NCBI GenBank assembly: GCA_020619395.1
Contig: GCA_020619395.1_4860.1
DNA: 64,000 nt
Reading direction: 5' to 3' (one strand)
Source of the DNA: a phage
This document shows, one piece after another, positions 1-9,472 of this stretch (position 1 is the first letter of the stretch; each line of letters begins with the position of its first letter). The translations under genes and the position numbers were made by a program. Below the pieces are notes generated by a model that did no database searches, had not been told where the DNA came from, and worked only from the letters and a program-made list of their open reading frames with translations.

Positions 1-2481
1 GTTATAAACCGGTGGAAGCGTTACACCTTCTGGCTCCACGACACAGTAGGTGGCTTCGTTAAGTTTAGAATGAACTTCCGCTTCATGCGAAACGACCAGC
101 AATTGAGAAAACTCTCCCGACAACGCCAACGATTTAATGAAGTTGACCAGTCGATTTTTGTGTTCTTCATCCATGCCTTCAGAGGGTTCATCCAATAACA
201 AAGGATAGTTTTGTAAACCAAGCGCTTTATACGCCGTTAAACGAAACATCATGTTAAAGATAATACGCTGTGCCTTCGAACCTTTCTTCACATCCGGCAC
301 CAGTTCTTCATGGTCTTTTAATCGCACCGGGAAAGTATAATCCAAATCCCCGTCGGTTAGATCGCATGGAATAACCTGCATCGGATATGCCCACACCATT
401 TCGATATACCGATTCATTAAATCCATGATGCGGGTAATCGCAGCATAAAAGTAACGACGCAATAATCCTTTTTCGGGTGAGACGGCATTGATAATCAATC
501 TGGCATGATGGTGTTCTTTGAGCAACTCAGCTTGCTCTTTTTCCAATTCCGCTAAACGTGCAATAGCCCCTTCCATTTGACGAAACCGTTCACGAGCGGA
601 AGTGTACGCATCGAGCTTCGCTTCGCGTCGGTTTAACAACTCGCGAACCACGACGTTGTTAACGGAGATGTTCATTTCCGATACCAGATGTTCGTAGCCT
701 TTTTGGAAACGTTCGATTGCTTCTTTGGTTTGTTGCAGTTGGGTGGTTTCGCGTTCCAGCTCATTGGCTTGTCTGCGGTATTCTATCAGTCGACGGTTAG
801 CCCCGTCCAGTTGTGAACGGATATGTTCAATTTTCTGGCTCAGCGCACCATCAACGTTACCTACTGCGGCAACAGCCTCTTGCCATTCCCGTTCCGCTGT
901 TGCAAGCTTCGCCGATTGACGCAGATACATCATGGCCGAATCTAGCTCTTCAGTAAAGGCACGTGCAATGGCACCATAACGATCCCGCGCCGTGGTGAAG
1001 ATATCCAGCTCCTGCAGTTTACGGAAAAACAAACCGACAACAGGATGGTTGGAATACGACATGACGATTTCGCGAATCGTACGTAAGCTACGGACGTCCT
1101 CTTCAATCTCTTTGCGGTCACGCAAAAGACTATCCATTTCGTCTTTCAGCTGCTTCTTCCAACCTTCATTATCGTTGATGGCCTTTTCAATTTCAGGTAA
1201 CGACTTACGAATCCCAGGACGGAAACGGTGGTTACACTGTGGACAATCAACTTCTGCAGTTTCTAAGAAGTGTTGACGGTCGTGGTATAAACCGTGTAGC
1301 ACATTCTCACAACGTTGCAGCTTTTCAGATAGACCCGCAGAGGTTAAATCCATACCCTGTAAACGCTTCTCTAACGCTCCCAGGCGATCTGTTGTCTTTA
1401 ACTGGTCCAGATGCATGGACAACGGTAAATTCCAGTTACAGGCATCGTTTAACGCGTTCTGAATGCTATCCACATCAATGCGGGTACCTTCAAACAGAGC
1501 CGGGAACATCCAGTTCTGTTGGAACGTTGCCAGTTCCTGTTTTAAGCTGTCGATTGTTTGTTTTAGACCGGTATGGTTGCGCATCAGATACGCTTGACGC
1601 GACTCCTCATCCAGTAGCTGTGACAACTCTTTATTGTACATGTTGCATTCAGTTTCAGCAGAGGCAGCTTGCTCACGCCAGGCAACTACACGACTTTGAA
1701 ACTCGTTAATCAGTTCGTCAGAAGGCAGAACACCATAACGTTCCATAATGAGTTTTACAGCCGGTTGCAACGAAGCAATGCGTTTCCGGATACTATCAAC
1801 CGAAACGGCGTTATCTAAACCGGGTCTCGCTTCAATGGTACGGTTTAGTTCCTGAAGCTCAGCATCGAGTTCTTTCAAACGAACTTCTAAACGTGCACGA
1901 TCTTCTTCATCATCAACGACGCGCATTTTTGCTTCGCCGATTTTTCGTCCGGTGTGCTCAATGGCCCCACTTAAACTGGAAGCGAGTTTACGCAAACGTC
2001 GATAGCAACCAACAACGTACGTCAGATCAGATTCTGACATTAACGTAAACCATTTACGACGAACTTCGGTAGTGGCGTCAGTTAATAAGGTCTCACCATT
2101 AATTAACTCTTTGATTTCTTTGGTGATTCCGGTTAATTGCTCCACCATGGAGTTGTAAACTTTGGCGTTTACCGAGTCTACGATGGAGACACCTTTAGTG
2201 ATATTGAAAATACTACAAGACAAAGAAGAGCCACGACGCAGGACTTCAAACTTAAGACGGTCGTCCCCAACTAACGCGTAGTTAGTGTAGGAACCACCTT
2301 CACGGAATTCTGATTTTGCTGGAGCTAAGGGGAGAAAAACAGATAGGAGGCTTGTTTTACCGCAGCCGTTGCCACCGAGGATGATGGTAACGGTTGACTT
2401 AAGGGTGAAATCAAACGTTTCGATTTCATGTAACCCCATGCCGGTAAATCCTTTCAAAATGATACGTTCGACCTTGAGCAT
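1..2481 (-). CDS. SbcC/Rad50-like recombination/repair ATPase; only the start-proximal 827 codons are in the window, the gene continues past the left edge
   Basis: ATG at 2481 (MLKVERI..); Walker A GGNGCGKTS about 30 aa in; CPQC zinc-hook-like motif (rc of ~1240-1250); near the window edge Walker B LLLDEPS, D-loop EGMDEEH and H-loop LLVVSHE; frame open to position 1. Confidence 0.8.
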   Translation of the reverse strand, partial: MLKVERIILKGFTGMGLHEIETFDFTLKSTVTIILGGNGCGKTSLLSVFLPLAPAKSEFREGGSYTNYALVGDDRLKFEVLRRGSSLSCSIFNITKGVSIVDSVNAKVYNSMVEQLTGITKEIKELINGETLLTDATTEVRRKWFTLMSESDLTYVVGCYRRLRKLASSLSGAIEHTGRKIGEAKMRVVDDEEDRARLEVRLKELDAELQELNRTIEARPGLDNAVSVDSIRKRIASLQPAVKLIMERYGVLPSDELINEFQSRVVAWREQAASAETECNMYNKELSQLLDEESRQAYLMRNHTGLKQTIDSLKQELATFQQNWMFPALFEGTRIDVDSIQNALNDACNWNLPLSMHLDQLKTTDRLGALEKRLQGMDLTSAGLSEKLQRCENVLHGLYHDRQHFLETAEVDCPQCNHRFRPGIRKSLPEIEKAINDNEGWKKQLKDEMDSLLRDRKEIEEDVRSLRTIREIVMSYSNHPVVGLFFRKLQELDIFTTARDRYGAIARAFTEELDSAMMYLRQSAKLATAEREWQEAVAAVGNVDGALSQKIEHIRSQLDGANRRLIEYRRQANELERETTQLQQTKEAIERFQKGYEHLVSEMNISVNNVVVRELLNRREAKLDAYTSARERFRQMEGAIARLAELEKEQAELLKEHHHARLIINAVSPEKGLLRRYFYAAITRIMDLMNRYIEMVWAYPMQVIPCDLTDGDLDYTFPVRLKDHEELVPDVKKGSKAQRIIFNMMFRLTAYKALGLQNYPLLLDEPSEGMDEEHKNRLVNFIKSLALSGEFSQLLVVSHEAEVHSKLNEATYCVVEPEGVTLPPVYN

Positions 2482-2534
2482 GTTTGCCTTCTAATGAGAA
2501 AGTATTAGTCGTTCATATCCAAAAGGTCATGCGT

Positions 2535-2566
2535 AAAAAAGAAGAAATGGAACCCCGAAGGGTTCC
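2535..2566 (-). terminator. rho-independent terminator
   Basis: hairpin ggaaccc-cgaa-gggttcc (2549-2566) followed on minus strand by T-run (plus A-run 2535-2548). Confidence 0.65.
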
Positions 2567-2577
2567 AGAGAGGAGAG

Positions 2578-3204
2578 TTATTGCGGAATAAACTTACGGT
2601 GTCCGAGTGATTCCCAAAAACTATCGGTGCGCTCTTTGGTTAATTCGTACCACGCACGTCCGGCATCAGAATCGACAACCTTTAACGTTTCAGTAAGCAG
2701 GAATTTGAACAGTTCTGCGCTACGACCCGGTGCCACGCCGTCGAGATATATCGGGATTAAATAACCGGTTTTGATTTCTTCGTACGGTTGCGATTGGTGC
2801 TGGCCAACAACCCAGGCATCAGCAGCGCTACCGACCAAAGTGGTGTTTACAGTCAACTCATCAGAAATCCAGTTAACTGTATCAGCCATTATTGAATCGC
2901 CATTGACGTAGAAGAAAACTAAACGTTTAGGTTGCTCCACCGAACCAGCCAAATCTAATGCAGTGGTTCCGGTAAAGATCGTATTGTTAGGGTTACGTTC
3001 CGCAATAGGTAGAGCAAACCACGCTTCTAGCTGTTCCCAGCTACGCGGCAGTGCTTCTTTAAACCACTTCACCAATCGCGGGTATTCCAGAAACCCTTCT
3101 ACCTCTTCTTCCATCAGATTGATACGCAGTTTGGTATCCTGACGATTCGCTTTCTGACACGTCACCATGTCGTCGATGAAACGAATCAGGGTAATCTCGT
3201 TCAT
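2578..3204 (-). CDS. hypothetical protein (208 aa)
   Basis: long ORF, no recognisable motif; co-oriented with flanking genes. Confidence 0.6.
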   Translation of the reverse strand: MNEITLIRFIDDMVTCQKANRQDTKLRINLMEEEVEGFLEYPRLVKWFKEALPRSWEQLEAWFALPIAERNPNNTIFTGTTALDLAGSVEQPKRLVFFYVNGDSIMADTVNWISDELTVNTTLVGSAADAWVVGQHQSQPYEEIKTGYLIPIYLDGVAPGRSAELFKFLLTETLKVVDSDAGRAWYELTKERTDSFWESLGHRKFIPQ

Positions 3205-3221
3205 GTTTAATCCTTCTTCAA

Positions 3222-3250
3222 CAAAAAAAGAAGGTAGCCCGTAGGCTACC
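3222..3250 (-). terminator. rho-independent terminator
   Basis: hairpin ggtagcc-cgta-ggctacc (3233-3250) with T-run on minus strand. Confidence 0.65.
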
Positions 3251-3258
3251 TCTCGTAT

Positions 3259-3759
3259 TTACAGCCCCATATGCATAAGGGAAATGATTGGGACCTTACG
3301 GCCACGAATCATTGCATATGGTTCGTACATTTGTGCGTTAGTTTCGAATAACTCACAGGCCGGAATACGGTCACCGGTGGAAAGTTGTAAGACTTCGATT
3401 TGGTCGCCCCAGAAATTGTTTACTAATACGTGGTCGACGGTGTTGTCTTCACGACCTTCAGGGGTTTTGCAATAAGTGGCTGCGGCGTACCAACCTTTGC
3501 GGTATACTTCATAACCCGCATGAAGCATCCGATAGTACGGACGTAGCTGTGGGGCATTCAACGCAGCATCTAACCATTCGCTGTGGATGCTGTTAATCAA
3601 TACGGTTGCTTCTGCTGGCCAGTCGGTGCGATTGAGGGTTAACTCGCCTAACAACTTCAACTTCCAGCCAGTGGAAAGAATGGCACGGGTACGTTCGGGA
3701 TTGACGTTCATCTGAGTAAAGAAAGAAGAACGGGTATCGTCGAGAATGTTCATGTTCAT
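3259..3759 (-). CDS. hypothetical protein (~166 aa)
   Basis: ORF extends to 3825 but the ATG at 3759 (MNMNILDD..) has RBS aagga 8 nt upstream; upstream ORF part overlaps a hairpin. Confidence 0.5.
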   Translation of the reverse strand: MNMNILDDTRSSFFTQMNVNPERTRAILSTGWKLKLLGELTLNRTDWPAEATVLINSIHSEWLDAALNAPQLRPYYRMLHAGYEVYRKGWYAAATYCKTPEGREDNTVDHVLVNNFWGDQIEVLQLSTGDRIPACELFETNAQMYEPYAMIRGRKVPIISLMHMGL

Positions 3760-3788
3760 TTGCTTAATCCTTACGAGTAATAGTCGAT

Positions 3789-3834
3789 TAAAAAGGACCC
3801 TGCGGCTAAGTGTTGGGGAAATCACCGCAGGGCC
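3789..3834 (-). terminator. hairpin plus T-run, terminator-like
   Basis: ggaccctgcgg / ccgcagggcc arms with ~20 nt loop, T-run on minus strand (plus aaaaa 3789-3793). Confidence 0.4.
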
Positions 3835-3854
3835 AAAGTGAGATGGGTCGTCAT

Positions 3855-3876
3855 CTCACGTTATAACATCTGTCTG
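3855..3876. promoter_or_regulatory. conserved intergenic motif, copy E (CTCAC-gtt-ATAACATCTGTCTG)
   Basis: one of 5 near-identical intergenic copies; function unknown (candidate phage promoter or processing site). Confidence 0.4.
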
Positions 3877-3888
3877 AAAACTTTTCGG

Positions 3889-4272
3889 TTACTGGTCGAG
3901 CGCTACTGAACCACGCACCACCCCTTGCTGTTCAATAACCAGGAGGCGTTGTTTGGTTTTCGTATTGTAAGCGAGCGACGCGCGAAGCGTCGGGTCGCAC
4001 GTTATTGTCTCTACTGGCACAATCTCTTGTGCCTTTGAGTTCAACAGAAAGTAGTAACCTGCCGGACAAGTTTCCTCGCCCTTTGCGTGGACTAGGATGT
4101 ACTCGTCGTGCCGGCTGACTTCTTCACATCTACCATCGTCGCCAGTACAGACTTCGAACGAAGGCGGGTTGTACTGATACGGTGTACCTGGTAGTAAATC
4201 TTCTACGCTGGTTGTAGCTGAAGCAGAAGCGGTAAAGAACACCGCCACGATAATACCCATAAATCCACGCAT
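3889..4272 (-). CDS. exported protein with N-terminal signal peptide (127 aa)
   Basis: N-terminus MRGFMGIIVAVFFTASASA; several Cys in mature part. Confidence 0.6.
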   Translation of the reverse strand: MRGFMGIIVAVFFTASASATTSVEDLLPGTPYQYNPPSFEVCTGDDGRCEEVSRHDEYILVHAKGEETCPAGYYFLLNSKAQEIVPVETITCDPTLRASLAYNTKTKQRLLVIEQQGVVRGSVALDQ

Positions 4273-4285
4273 GTTGTTTCCTTAC

Positions 4286-4696
4286 TTAAAAGTCGAGTTT
4301 ATTGATGCCTACATTTTTCTTAATCGTAGGGTCATACATGATAACCGTCAGGGCATTATCGCCTGGGTCGCGAGTAAACTCGGCAACGGCTTCACCACTG
4401 CAGGCTTGGTTATCATTATAGTTCATGGATTCGGCTTGCCCGGTTGCCATGTTAATGACCCCGTATTCAGGGTCGCCACATGCGACACCGCCCATCGTTT
4501 TCACTAAGAGATAACGGTTGTTATCGGACATCGCAACGATCTGGCAGCTACCGCCTTGTACGTCAGAGTTCTGGCACCAGAACTCTCCGCCGTATTCGTG
4601 ATCGTTAACAACTTTTGGTAACTCGATACTTCCAGCGCGAGCGAAGAAGCTAATGGCCAGAGTAGCAAGTAAAACTGGTAATAAAAAATGTTTCAT
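4286..4696 (-). CDS. exported protein with signal peptide (136 aa)
   Basis: N-terminus MKHFLLPVLLATLAISFFARA. Confidence 0.6.
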   Translation of the reverse strand: MKHFLLPVLLATLAISFFARAGSIELPKVVNDHEYGGEFWCQNSDVQGGSCQIVAMSDNNRYLLVKTMGGVACGDPEYGVINMATGQAESMNYNDNQACSGEAVAEFTRDPGDNALTVIMYDPTIKKNVGINKLDF

Positions 4697-4718
4697 AATA
4701 GCACCTCAATTTTTTGAG

Positions 4719-5210
4719 TTATTCTGAATAGTCGATTGTTTTGATGGTTTCCATACCGTAGTACATAGCGATGGAGGCCAGAGTTTTGGTATCCGGTCGC
4801 TGTACAAAACCGGCCCTGAAATCTTTGCTGCAAATTTTCTCCACTGATAGTTCATCACGATTAGGGATAAGCCATAACGCGTCACCATTGTGACGGTCGA
4901 CTGCACCCCACCAACCACCTGGGCAATCTTTATCGCCCGGACGGTGTACGATAGCGACACGACCGTTGAAGGATATGTCAACTACACGACACTGTTTCTT
5001 AAGCAGCTTACGCGCATTGCACCAGAACGGCTTATCATTAAGATTGATGGTGCGGGTATATGCTGGAATGCTGCCGTTAATACTGCCCTGGAACCCGCTG
5101 AATTCGTCAGCGCGTGCCTTAGAAATCCGTAGCCCAACAACAACTGACATCAACAGCACAGTAAAAAGCACCACTTTGGCCAAGTGGCGATTAACGTTAT
5201 TGCATTTCAT
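4719..5210 (-). CDS. membrane-anchored or exported protein
   Basis: ORF runs to 5255; likely start MKCNNVNRHLAKVVLFTVLLMSVVVGL (hydrophobic segment). Confidence 0.5.
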   Translation of the reverse strand: MKCNNVNRHLAKVVLFTVLLMSVVVGLRISKARADEFSGFQGSINGSIPAYTRTINLNDKPFWCNARKLLKKQCRVVDISFNGRVAIVHRPGDKDCPGGWWGAVDRHNGDALWLIPNRDELSVEKICSKDFRAGFVQRPDTKTLASIAMYYGMETIKTIDYSE

Positions 5211-5598
5211 TTTTGATATCTCCACGATTGAGGGTGATGCGACCGACGAGCACATCGTTGTGATAAAAGCTCACAGCAACCATATTCGGTAATTCCAGTG
5301 GTGACACACTGACCGAGGTGACTTTTGGTTGATTGCACGATATGTCAATCAACCGCTGATACATTTTCAATTTCTTATCAGCGATAACCAGCCCTGTGCA
5401 GTTCTTACCGTCCGTCAGTCTGTAGATTTGTAACTGTTCGACCTCACGCATCAGTTCCGGTTTTTCATTCGGCGCAATGCCATAATCCGAATCAGCTGAT
5501 GTGTATTCAGTCACGTCTGGCTTATCGAAAGCATAAGTTGCTGCAATACCACATGCGGCCAGAACTACTACTGCTTGTAAGAACTTCTTGATAGTCAT
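5197..5598 (-). CDS. lipoprotein (133 aa)
   Basis: signal peptide with lipobox LAAC (MTIKKFLQAVVVLAACG). Confidence 0.6.
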   Translation of the reverse strand: MTIKKFLQAVVVLAACGIAATYAFDKPDVTEYTSADSDYGIAPNEKPELMREVEQLQIYRLTDGKNCTGLVIADKKLKMYQRLIDISCNQPKVTSVSVSPLELPNMVAVSFYHNDVLVGRITLNRGDIKNEMQ

Positions 5599-5623
5599 GT
5601 TTTACTCTATAGTCGATTGGTTT

Positions 5624-5651
5624 AAAAAAGAATAGGCTACCCGAGGGTAGC
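5624..5651 (-). terminator. rho-independent terminator
   Basis: hairpin ggctaccc-gag-ggtagcc with T-run on minus strand (plus aaaaaag 5624-5630). Confidence 0.6.
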
Positions 5652-5673
5652 CAGTTGAGTTAATCTCTTAACT

Positions 5674-5696
5674 CTCACCTAGGTAATATATATCTG
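5674..5696. promoter_or_regulatory. conserved intergenic motif, copy A (CTCAC-ctag-GTAATATATATCTG)
   Basis: directly after stop of 5704..6291 gene. Confidence 0.4.
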
Positions 5697-5703
5697 AGAT
5701 ATT

Positions 5704-6291
5704 TTACAATGTGAAGGTTGTGTTAAGAATACGAAAACCCAATGCTCGCTTAGCGATTTGCATATTTGCAGGCGTGAAGTCCACCAGTTTGATTTGAACG
5801 ATCGATAAATCGTAAAGCTTGTGAAGCACTTCGATTTTGTGTCGCCAATCTGTTTTTTGGTGCAGCTCTATCGTCGTCGGTAACTCACCCAGTCTCGGCA
5901 ACTGCGCCCCAAGTAAACGATGATGGACTTTACCGTTTATAGTTGGGGTGCCTTCCGTGACCATCAGTCGCGCATCGATGTAGTTATTTCGCTTAGCGTA
6001 CTCCATAAAAGTTTTGACATTTATCTTTTCCTCGTATAGAATGCTGCGAAAGTATTCGTAAATGATGTGTCCTGCCTCCCTACCGCTTTCCGAGTCTGGA
6101 ATAACCTTATCGATGAAAATCGCAGAGACCACTTCGCTCCCACGCGAATGCATTGTAATGACCCTATCCCCGTGCTCTGCGGCAGTTAATAATCCACTCA
6201 CATCAAGCCCCACCGGAAACAAGCCACGACTACGCATTACGTGCAGGTCTTCTAACTTGTTCTCTTGCAGTCGTAAAATACGTTCTGTCAT
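5704..6291 (-). CDS. hypothetical protein (~196 aa)
   Basis: ORF track start at 6300 is GTG; ATG at 6291 (MTERILRL..) has RBS gaggtg. Confidence 0.55.
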   Translation of the reverse strand: MTERILRLQENKLEDLHVMRSRGLFPVGLDVSGLLTAAEHGDRVITMHSRGSEVVSAIFIDKVIPDSESGREAGHIIYEYFRSILYEEKINVKTFMEYAKRNNYIDARLMVTEGTPTINGKVHHRLLGAQLPRLGELPTTIELHQKTDWRHKIEVLHKLYDLSIVQIKLVDFTPANMQIAKRALGFRILNTTFTL

Positions 6292-6324
6292 ATACCACAC
6301 CTCAAATTAATTTGAGTTAAGTGT

Positions 6325-6365
6325 AAAAAATAAGAGGACTCCAGTAACCGCGAGGGTTACTGGAG
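6325..6365 (-). terminator. rho-independent terminator
   Basis: hairpin ctccagtaacc-gcgag-ggttactggag, T-run on minus strand. Confidence 0.7.
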
Positions 6366-6370
6366 ATAAA

Positions 6371-6898
6371 CTACACACTCAACGTTTCAATGAATTTGAT
6401 GCGCGCTGGGTGAAATGTGTGATAAACAGTTACTGGCGCGTGCGGGCCTTCGGCTGCGTGTATTGCGCCATCGTATCCGCTCAGCAACAGATGGTCATAT
6501 ATCGCACTACAGTTATACGCCACCGATGCCCATAGTGGTAACTTGTCAAACTCTTTAGGGTGTTGGTGGTAAACCTCCATCAAACCCTTTTCAGGATGAC
6601 TCTCTTGGATACGCTCCCACTCATTTGTTTCAATGAGCAAGTTCCCTTTCTTCTGTGCAACTGTCTGGTATTGATGCGGGGAAAGAATCTCGCGGAAATT
6701 ACCGATATCGACGAACGGGTCAGTAGGATCGTTGATAAATGGATTGGTGATTTCCAAAGAAACGTGGTTGATTAGCCAGCTGGGATTCGCTTTAACAATT
6801 TCAGCAGGGACATCGATGTCTTTATAGACAACTTGAGAACGTGAAAGGTTAGCCTCAACAAACGGCTTATCAGTAACAATATAACCTTCGAGTTTCAT
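6371..6898 (-). CDS. hypothetical protein (175 aa)
   Basis: long ORF, tightly packed with neighbours. Confidence 0.6.
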   Translation of the reverse strand: MKLEGYIVTDKPFVEANLSRSQVVYKDIDVPAEIVKANPSWLINHVSLEITNPFINDPTDPFVDIGNFREILSPHQYQTVAQKKGNLLIETNEWERIQESHPEKGLMEVYHQHPKEFDKLPLWASVAYNCSAIYDHLLLSGYDGAIHAAEGPHAPVTVYHTFHPARIKFIETLSV

Positions 6899-7461
6899 TA
6901 TAAGGCTCCTTTAAAGTGGTATGTTAAGCTTTCTACGAGATGGCAGGTTTGGCTTTCAAAGAAGTGTAAAATGGGCTCAATGGGCACACCGCCGAGATTA
7001 TAGACGATTACGACATGCTTTAATCCGGCCTCGACTTCGCTAAGAAACGATTCGGTTGCGAGTTCACTCTCTGACGAGGAAAGGGTAATCGTTGTTTCCC
7101 CGTCGTCGCTACTACCAGACACGTCCTGTAAACGCAAAACTGTCGGTACGGTTTTACTGATACGAATATCTGGCGGGAGTGTAACCTCCAGTAGCGGTGT
7201 ACGGACTTTACGCGCAAGATAGTTGGTGAATAGATTGGGATCAAGCTCACTGACGCCGCAGCAAATGCAGCTCAGTAAGGTCGACAAGCTTGTCGTTTTA
7301 CGTTCAAATATCCCCTTGATCTGTTTGGCCTTATCGCTATAAAGGAACACCAGCAGCTGGTCGGGGTTATCCGGTAAATCACTTTCAACTCCTTCCCACT
7401 CCGGATCGTTGCGGATGTGCTCTTGCCAGATATCGTTTCGAATTTCTAGTAAACGGAACAT
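6898..7461 (-). CDS. hypothetical protein (187 aa)
   Basis: long ORF; stop overlaps next start. Confidence 0.6.
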   Translation of the reverse strand: MFRLLEIRNDIWQEHIRNDPEWEGVESDLPDNPDQLLVFLYSDKAKQIKGIFERKTTSLSTLLSCICCGVSELDPNLFTNYLARKVRTPLLEVTLPPDIRISKTVPTVLRLQDVSGSSDDGETTITLSSSESELATESFLSEVEAGLKHVVIVYNLGGVPIEPILHFFESQTCHLVESLTYHFKGAL

Positions 7462-7470
7462 ACACTCACC

Positions 7471-8052
7471 TTACGCAATGTAAATACCGCGGTGGTTACG
7501 GAAACCGTGTTCTTCGGTAAGGTAACGCGCATAGGTGTGCTCGACGGATGGGGTGTAGCAAACCAGATGCAGTTCCTGACCTTCAGCTAGGCCCGGTAAC
7601 ATGACGTTTAGCCAATCCATCCCGCCGTTCTGCTGTAACGTATCTTGCGACAGCGTTAGTGGCTGAACAATATGCGCTGGGTTACTGTCGTCTTCGCTTT
7701 TCGTAAAACGAAGAATAGCCGGACGGGAACCATCTACTAGTACCGTGCGCGGTAAGTCAAAAGCAACCACCTTCGCTTTCTGTTCGTAGGATGATTTATA
7801 ACGACGTAACAGTCCAATATCGGTATCTAGTACGGTAGCCATCACGTTATACAACATCACTAGACGGGCGTCGTTATCGGTGGTGACGTGTTTTACGAAC
7901 ACCATCATCGGAATACCTTCGCGTTGGAATACCACGAAGTCTGCTTCTTTGTATTTCTCGCAACCTTCTACTACCCGTGGGGCTTTCACGCGATAGCGGC
8001 GGGTCAGTTCTTCGTAGTTCATTTCATGTTGTTCAATAATTGGTTGTGGCAT
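7471..8052 (-). CDS. hypothetical protein (193 aa)
   Basis: long ORF. Confidence 0.6.
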   Translation of the reverse strand: MPQPIIEQHEMNYEELTRRYRVKAPRVVEGCEKYKEADFVVFQREGIPMMVFVKHVTTDNDARLVMLYNVMATVLDTDIGLLRRYKSSYEQKAKVVAFDLPRTVLVDGSRPAILRFTKSEDDSNPAHIVQPLTLSQDTLQQNGGMDWLNVMLPGLAEGQELHLVCYTPSVEHTYARYLTEEHGFRNHRGIYIA

Positions 8053-8073
8053 GGTTAAATACTCTTTACGGTT

Positions 8074-8102
8074 AAAAAATAAGAAGGGGGTACAAGACCC
8101 CC
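8074..8102 (-). terminator. rho-independent terminator
   Basis: hairpin gggggt-acaag-accccc with T-run on minus strand. Confidence 0.6.
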
Positions 8103-8112
8103 GATGACGAGA

Positions 8113-9351
8113 TTACAGTAAACGCAAATCTGCGACAAACAACAGTTGACGGCCGTACTTAGTCACTTCTTTCCAGCCATTGTTAACACCCCATTTGATG
8201 ATAGCGTCGTAATGCCACTGTTTCAGTTCGCTGGTACCCCACGCATCCCGTACCGCCTTCGCCGACATCAAATAAGCAGGTTCGGCAACGGAGCGCATTT
8301 CAGAATCTGGCAGGCGAGAAACAACGGAACTGTTCACACGCTGCAGCGTTCCTGACACCTGTATCCAGAACGCAGGCGATATTGTATTTGTCGGTCGACA
8401 GTCAAATACCCAGGCCGTGTCATTTTCACTGGCCGGGGTCTTACGCTTATAGATGCTTAACAGTATTTCCGATTGGATAACTTCGCGGAAAACGTTAAGA
8501 AGGGTGACGACCTTCTCATTAACCACATCGCCTTTTTCGACCTTATGGTAATCTTTAAGGTTTCCGGGCTCTGCTATCGGCATTACTGACCAAACATCGG
8601 CGTCTAACATCTCACCGAAATAATGGTTAGCGTTTTCATCAGATGTCCAGAACATCGTATTGCCATCATTGGCTATGGTGGCTAGATCACGCAGTGCTTC
8701 CTTGGTGTCTTCGTCAATTTCCACAGGTTTGGCTGCTTCACGCGGTGCGTTTTTCGTGTAGAATCTGCGCTTGCTTACCGCTCTATTCCATACGGTAGTA
8801 ATTTGGTACGCAGTGAATTCGGGGAACTGCTGCACCAACACTTCTGCATCAACATCAAGCCGCTCTGAATTAAAGTTTTGTAATTTCTCATTAAACCCTG
8901 TATTCAGCTCTCCGCCAGTCCACCAGTTGCTGTCGCTTAGTGCAGGCATGTCAGGTGTTAACTCGAACACCGGTTTATCGATCAGCAGAGTAAGAATGTA
9001 GTGCACCCACATTGTGTTACCCTCAGCAATGGCGCGTCCGATGTTTTGATTACCCGATAGGTAAGCTACCCGCGAATCCCCTTCGAACGTCATGGTTAAT
9101 TCAACCCACGGCGCTAAGTCAGAGACGTGGTGGCCTAAACGACACTTTACTTCCCCTTTGTCAAGCAGACGCTTTTCGACAACGGTTGAGAGCTTTTGTG
9201 GCAGGCACGCACAATCCTGCCACGTTACGTCGCTGTAAGCCATACTCCGAACACTGAACTGCATTCCCAACAGTACAATTGTGTTAGTAATTACTGCATT
9301 AAAGAATGCTTCTTTCGGTGTCTGGTAAACTAATTCGTATTCGTTATACAT
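8113..9351 (-). CDS. hypothetical protein (~412 aa)
   Basis: ORF runs to 9387; ATG at ~9351 (MYNEYELVY..) has RBS aaggaaa. Confidence 0.6.
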   Translation of the reverse strand: MYNEYELVYQTPKEAFFNAVITNTIVLLGMQFSVRSMAYSDVTWQDCACLPQKLSTVVEKRLLDKGEVKCRLGHHVSDLAPWVELTMTFEGDSRVAYLSGNQNIGRAIAEGNTMWVHYILTLLIDKPVFELTPDMPALSDSNWWTGGELNTGFNEKLQNFNSERLDVDAEVLVQQFPEFTAYQITTVWNRAVSKRRFYTKNAPREAAKPVEIDEDTKEALRDLATIANDGNTMFWTSDENANHYFGEMLDADVWSVMPIAEPGNLKDYHKVEKGDVVNEKVVTLLNVFREVIQSEILLSIYKRKTPASENDTAWVFDCRPTNTISPAFWIQVSGTLQRVNSSVVSRLPDSEMRSVAEPAYLMSAKAVRDAWGTSELKQWHYDAIIKWGVNNGWKEVTKYGRQLLFVADLRLL

Positions 9352-9442
9352 TTGGTATTTCCTTTTAAAGTACACTAAAGTGACCAAAAACTGTTACTAA
9401 AGAACAGTTGGTGTTTAAGCGACTGTGGGTTTATACACAATG

Positions 9443-9465
9443 CTCACGAAGATAACATCTATCTG
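9443..9465. promoter_or_regulatory. conserved intergenic motif, copy C (CTCAC-gaag-ATAACATCTATCTG)
   Basis: between 9473..9790 stop and 8113..9351 start. Confidence 0.4.
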
Positions 9466-9472
9466 TAAAAAC

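Noticed and set aside
725-1709. Plus-strand ORFs (64, 94 and 156 aa) inside the SbcC-like gene
   Set aside because: They are antisense to a continuous minus-strand frame carrying Walker A, zinc hook and Walker B motifs, and have no RBS.
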